64,000 bases of DNA from Thermomicrobiales bacterium (GTDB lineage Bacteria > Chloroflexota > Chloroflexia > Thermomicrobiales > UBA6265): contig JAWKPF010000009.1 of assembly GCA_041390825.1 (NCBI GenBank), positions 59,808 through 123,807 on the forward strand, read 5' to 3'. This document shows, piece after piece, positions 60,008 through 64,000 of the stretch; the first letter of the stretch is position 1; each line of letters starts with the position of its first letter. The notes beneath the pieces are model-generated. The model worked only from the letters and a program-made list of their open reading frames with translations, had not been told where the DNA came from and searched no databases. Made by a program: the position numbers and the translations under genes.

Positions 60008-60850
60008 TCAAGCCCCGCCGGTCGCCAGCAACTCCATGTGGGCGTCTTTGATGATCGACCAGGACGATTGTAAGAACAGGCCGGCAATGATGAAAGCAAC
60101 GACCAAGTCGGGCCACGGCGAGGCCAGCCAGGCGACCAGAATGGCCGCGATGACCACCGCAACATTTCCGAGCGCATCGTTGCGCGAAAAGAGCCAGACG
60201 GCCCGCGCATTGGCGTCGCCCGCACGATGGGGCAGGAGCACCAGCGCTGCCGTCACGTTGATAACGAGCGCCACCAAACCGAAAGCGCCCATCAATTCAG
60301 CTTCTGGTTGCTTCTGGACGATCACCCGGTAGATCGTCGCCCCAAGCACAGTGAGACCGAGCGCCCCCAGAAAGATTCCCTGAATAAGGGCCGAACGTGC
60401 CCGCCAGATTGGGCGCCACGCAATGGCAAGCAGTCCCAAGAACGTAATCAGTCCGTCGCCCAGAAAATCAAGCGCGTCAGCCTTCAGGGCTTGCGAGTCT
60501 GAGAGATAGCCGCCACCCGCTTCAATGAGTCCATATCCGAAATTGAGCACAACGACGATCACGAGCGCCCGTTTGTATGCGGGTGTTAGATACGATGCTG
60601 GCGGCAGTGTGTCGGATGCGTCGTCCCGCGCATCCATACGGTCGAGCCGGTACCCAAGTTCGGTTATCTCCTCCTCGAGCCTCGGAAGCGGTTCCATGCC
60701 ATCGACCAACTGGAGGGTCATTACTTGGGAGGTGAGAGAAACCCGGACGCTATCGACGCCGGGAACCTTGCGAGCGGTCTTCTCGATTTTCGCCACGCAA
60801 TCGGTGCAGTCCATTCCAGTAACGCGGTAGCGCACGGTCTCTGAGGTCAT
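60008..60850 (-). CDS. HMA domain fused to a CDF-like cation efflux membrane domain (no C-terminal cytoplasmic domain)
   Basis: ORF 60008..60886 trimmed to the ATG at 60850 (ATGA overlap with the arsR stop). YRVTGMDCTDCVAKIEK (HMA), then six TM segments with SQALKADALDFLGDG and SRNDALGNVAVV. Confidence 0.7.
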   Translation of the reverse strand: MTSETVRYRVTGMDCTDCVAKIEKTARKVPGVDSVRVSLTSQVMTLQLVDGMEPLPRLEEEITELGYRLDRMDARDDASDTLPPASYLTPAYKRALVIVVVLNFGYGLIEAGGGYLSDSQALKADALDFLGDGLITFLGLLAIAWRPIWRARSALIQGIFLGALGLTVLGATIYRVIVQKQPEAELMGAFGLVALVINVTAALVLLPHRAGDANARAVWLFSRNDALGNVAVVIAAILVAWLASPWPDLVVAFIIAGLFLQSSWSIIKDAHMELLATGGA

Positions 60851-61212
60851 CCGTCGCTCCGCTCCGGCTCCGGATAGCGCGTGCAATCGTAAATGCCTTG
60901 CCCGATGTCGGCGAGTACGCGTTCAGCAAGTTCCAGCAGTTCCGCGACCCGATGGTCGATCAGGGAGTAGACCACGAACTTCCCACGCTGCTCGCGTCTG
61001 ACCAACCCGCATTCGAAGAGGCAGGCGAGATGGTTCGACGTATTGGATTGACTCAGGTCTGTGGCTTCGACAATCTCGTTGACAGTCAACGGGCCGTCCC
61101 GCAAGACGTCTCAGAATAGCCAGCCGCGACGAATCCGCGAAGCCTCGAAGGCTTCGCTCGCAGCATGTTCGCGGCTGGGCTTATGGAAGTCGACAACGCG
61201 GACTCCGTTCAT
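60847..61212 (-). pseudogene. ArsR family regulator interrupted by a compensated indel pair
   Basis: The N-terminal (ATG 61212) and C-terminal (ORF 60847..61104) parts share one frame but are separated by a TGA. The 45 nt between 61143-61144 and 61098-61100 read FADSSRLAILRRLA in another frame, which is the expected ArsR helix. Confidence 0.7.
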
Positions 61213-61238
61213 ATCATTAATCGCTGATGTAATGATAT
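61211..61238. promoter_or_regulatory. inverted repeat overlapping the arsR start (candidate ArsR operator)
   Basis: ATATCATTA-N10-TAATGATAT read directly. Confidence 0.45.
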
Positions 61239-61509
61239 GACACCGTGACACGTTCCGCAAAGGAATCTCGAGAATCGAGCCAACCAGCCCTTGGCGTCGG
61301 GTGTCAGCCGAGGCACGTACAGCTGGTCGACCCATTAGCCTCACCCTAGAGAGAGGGCAACGAATACGCCGGCATATGCCGCGTAGACGCGATCAAAATG
61401 GGCTCTGTACCCATAGGCTGGCCATATATCGCATTGGTGTTTGAAATTCGAGGCTGTAGCAGGTTTCAAAGATAAGCCCGGCCGATTTATTCAGCCGGGC
61501 ACGTTGTTT

Positions 61510-61929
61510 CTAAGGTGAGGTTCTATCATTCGATGCGGACAGCGAGCCATCGCCTGCGACGAAGTGCGTTACCACGAATATCTCACGGGATCGCTCTGCG
61601 CCATCGCTGCCGACCCACGATTCGGACTTCCATTTGCCCATGGCCGTCGTTTCGGCAGCACTAGGTAAATTGTCCCGCGCGAAGACAGCGGTCTTTCTCC
61701 ACGCCTGAATATTGATCCACTTCCATCGGCCGTCATCATCGACAATCTTGAGTCCAGCTTCCCAGATGGCGATGCCTTTGCGCTCCACGAATTCCGGTCG
61801 TCCGACCTTGCCCGAGAGCGTAATGTCGCCGTTGGGATGAGTGAGAGGGGAATCGGGAACGGCTTGTTCTTCCTCGTCGACCAGTTGAAGTGCCTCGGTG
61901 AGCAGCTCCCGCACACGATCAGTGCGCAT
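61510..61929 (-). CDS. SSB-like OB-fold protein
   Basis: 139-aa ORF. ITLSGKVGRPEF..WINIQAWRKTAVFARDNL..GKWKSESWVGSDGAERSREIFVV follows the SSB OB-fold pattern. Confidence 0.5.
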   Translation of the reverse strand: MRTDRVRELLTEALQLVDEEEQAVPDSPLTHPNGDITLSGKVGRPEFVERKGIAIWEAGLKIVDDDGRWKWINIQAWRKTAVFARDNLPSAAETTAMGKWKSESWVGSDGAERSREIFVVTHFVAGDGSLSASNDRTSP

Positions 61930-62189
61930 GTCGTTTCCTTTCTACTCAGTGATTCAACGTCGAGATAGAGAAGGGCAGCCAACTCGGGGTGAATCCACCA
62001 CACCAGTCGACTGCCCACTTGGTCCGGCAGTTTCCGAAGCAGGGGAGCGCGTGCAGCTGACCGGCCGGAATCAGCATCGGACCCGCTCGCACTTGCCTAT
62101 GGGAGACCGCCACTCCGATCCAACAACAATCCAGGCCACGAATTTACGGGAACCACCAAAGCGTTGGATGAGTAACACAGGACCCAAAG

Positions 62190-63005
62190 TTAGGAAGGTG
62201 GGCGAATGCCCTTGTTGAGAAAGCGACGCACATCTGGAGCGTCTCCCCAGACGCCACAAGCCAGGCAGTGAAACCGCCGACCTTTGACATAGAGCGAAGG
62301 CGATCCATCGTCGTGCCAGGGACATCGGCCTGATGCTTTGAACGGTGCGTAGACCTTGAGCTCAGTCAATTGACCCAAGAGCCTAGCCAGCACCTCGAAA
62401 TCCCCACAAACATGCTCAAAGGATCGTGACGTAGAGATGAGAGTGGGCATCGAACGGGTAGGGGAGCATTCCAACCGTACTGGAACAATGCTGGTCAACG
62501 CTGAAGGCAAGTCGAGCATCTCACCGGTTTTTGGTTCAACAATCGGATAGATCAACCCAGTCTTCGGGTGCCGGGTACCGATTAGTCGGACCGCGTGCAC
62601 GCCGCAGTATTTTGGGTAGACCTCGATGTCGCTAAGACCAACAGACGCGGCCAGTTCAACTCCTCGGTCGTGGGCCGTTTGCCAATCGACCAGCGAATGA
62701 AATAACCACAGATGCCCACCACGACGAGATCGTTCAAGCAGCCTCGATTCGATCGGCAGAGTCATCGCTAGCTCAGCCAGGGGCGCGAATAGCGTGACGT
62801 CATCCGCGTCCAGACAAGTCCAACGAGCCATGCCCGTTCCTGATACCGCCTGAATTCCCAAATGCATGTCGCCGCCAAGCGCCTTGGTCAGCACCTCTTT
62901 GTTGAGTGGTGCTCGACGCAGGACCCATCGGTCATACCAAGTCAGATAGCAGTCGACCCGGTTGATCAGCAATCGGTAGGTGTCGTGGATGAATGACTCG
63001 GCCAT
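62190..63005 (-). CDS. primase-like protein (prim-pol-like N-domain + CHC2 zinc finger)
   Basis: 271-aa ORF. CLDADD, RGGHLWLFH, and C-terminal CPWHDDGSPSLYVKGRRFHCLACGVWGD. Confidence 0.6.
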   Translation of the reverse strand: MAESFIHDTYRLLINRVDCYLTWYDRWVLRRAPLNKEVLTKALGGDMHLGIQAVSGTGMARWTCLDADDVTLFAPLAELAMTLPIESRLLERSRRGGHLWLFHSLVDWQTAHDRGVELAASVGLSDIEVYPKYCGVHAVRLIGTRHPKTGLIYPIVEPKTGEMLDLPSALTSIVPVRLECSPTRSMPTLISTSRSFEHVCGDFEVLARLLGQLTELKVYAPFKASGRCPWHDDGSPSLYVKGRRFHCLACGVWGDAPDVRRFLNKGIRPPS

Positions 63006-63039
63006 AGGTGATTCATGCAGGCGATGGGGCGGATACCGG

Positions 63040-63948
63040 TTATTTCCAGTCTCGCTTCCGTTGCACGCTCGGACGAGCGTCCCGTGGACCGGGATCAGCC
63101 AACGGGGAAGTCAAACCCAACGCCTTGGTCATGGTTGTGACTAAGCGGTGGATATGCCCCATCGACTGCTTGAGTTGTTCAGGAGTAGCGCCGTAGACCA
63201 GCAAATAATCCGATGCGGCCGGCGCCGCAATCCCCAGAATGTTGGCCAGCACCACGGTGACGGTCTCGGCTTCAAACTCTTTCTGAGCTTGTGGCCAAGC
63301 CGCCGCCTCGGGTTGACGATGAAAGAGCGCGTGCGCCCATTCATGGAGCAGCACCAATACTTGGTTATGCGAGTCTTTAGCCGACTCCAACACAATCTGG
63401 TGTCGAGCGCGATCGTAGTAGCCTTCCGCACCGCGAATATGGTCCGTCTCGCGAACTGATACCCCGGACGCCTCCACCTTCTCCCTTATATATAGAAGCA
63501 GGTCAGCTTGAGTGTCAGGGAGTTGCGAGCGCAGCGTCGGGAGGTTGAGCGTCTCGGCGTCGATGAGGTCCTTATCGGAAAAGACGTATCCGGTTCGAAA
63601 ACCAACCAGCACGCGTTCGTCTGTGCCGTTCACTTCTGATTCGGCTGCATCCTTGCGGATCACCGGACACCAGATCTGCGCGGACTTGGTGTTCTTGCGC
63701 ACCTGGTGGCCAAGTTCCTGCCACCGACGATACCCAGCCACCACCTCAGCATCGGGTTTCTGCTGCATGATGAGAATGGCGTTGGCCATCGAGTAGTGAT
63801 GGAATTTGGCGTAGAAGGTGAGGACCTGGCGAAAGTGATCAGTGTGACCTCGGGCCAGTTGCTCTGAGAGGTCCTGAAGGGCTTGATCAATCTTCAGCTG
63901 TAAAGGGGCAGTTTCCAGTTGATCCAGCGCGAACACACTGTCGGACAT
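63040..63948 (-). CDS. ArdC-like ssDNA-binding antirestriction protein with metalloprotease-like domain
   Basis: ORF 63040..63975 trimmed to the ATG at 63948 (AAGGAAG upstream). FYAKFHHYSMANAILIMQQKPDA..GYRRWQELGHQVRK, HExxH in LLHEWAHALFH. Confidence 0.65.
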   Translation of the reverse strand: MSDSVFALDQLETAPLQLKIDQALQDLSEQLARGHTDHFRQVLTFYAKFHHYSMANAILIMQQKPDAEVVAGYRRWQELGHQVRKNTKSAQIWCPVIRKDAAESEVNGTDERVLVGFRTGYVFSDKDLIDAETLNLPTLRSQLPDTQADLLLYIREKVEASGVSVRETDHIRGAEGYYDRARHQIVLESAKDSHNQVLVLLHEWAHALFHRQPEAAAWPQAQKEFEAETVTVVLANILGIAAPAASDYLLVYGATPEQLKQSMGHIHRLVTTMTKALGLTSPLADPGPRDARPSVQRKRDWK

Positions 63949-64000
63949 GATTCTTCCTTGCCGCAAGCTTGTCACTGAAAATGGCAGCGACGACCTGACG

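Larger units (their letters stand above)
61400..64000. mobile_element. edge of a second conjugative/integrative-type module (continues beyond the window)
   Basis: Co-directional SSB-like, primase and ArdC-like genes. Confidence 0.45.

Overview
High-GC bacterial chromosome segment (GC judged by eye; the taxon cannot be determined from the sequence, though gene content looks Chloroflexota- or Actinomycetota-like). There are three blocks. (1) 1-23 kb holds uninterrupted genes. It is dominated by a co-directional arginine deiminase (ADI) array: arcA, orf167, a YfcC-type carrier, arcB, nhaC, a P-type ATPase, arcC and an MFS transporter. (2) From a tRNA-Arg(CCG) at 23.4 kb to about 61 kb lies a copper/metal homeostasis island. 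It contains two CopA-type ATPases, CopZ, CsoR with two operators, DUF305, a Cys-rich four-helix-bundle protein, a PCYCGC protein, CopC, a CopC-CopD fusion, two ArsR regulators, a multicopper oxidase, ZIP, HMA-CDF, and system II cytochrome c biogenesis genes with TlpA. Many of these genes are broken by one-base homopolymer indels. (3) Nested in that island at about 31.6-43.6 kb (possibly to 45.7 kb) is a visibly more AT-rich, plasmid-like integrated element. It carries Rep, ParA plus an RHH partner, a replication-relaxation protein, VapBC, a tyrosine recombinase and iteron-like repeats. Its cargo is the best candidate for something new: a CBASS-like operon in which two paralogous SMODS-type nucleotidyltransferases flank a 4-TM effector. 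That operon is divergently paired with an orphan 538-aa double zinc-ribbon protein carrying an R-x4-H (HEPN-like) motif. A second mobile module (SSB-like, primase, ArdC-like) starts near 61.5 kb. Two other oddities are an in-frame TGA at the first Cys position of a CxxC in the PCYCGC protein, and a 79-nt tmRNA-like acceptor/T-arm mini-element. All family names come from remembered motifs; no searches were run.
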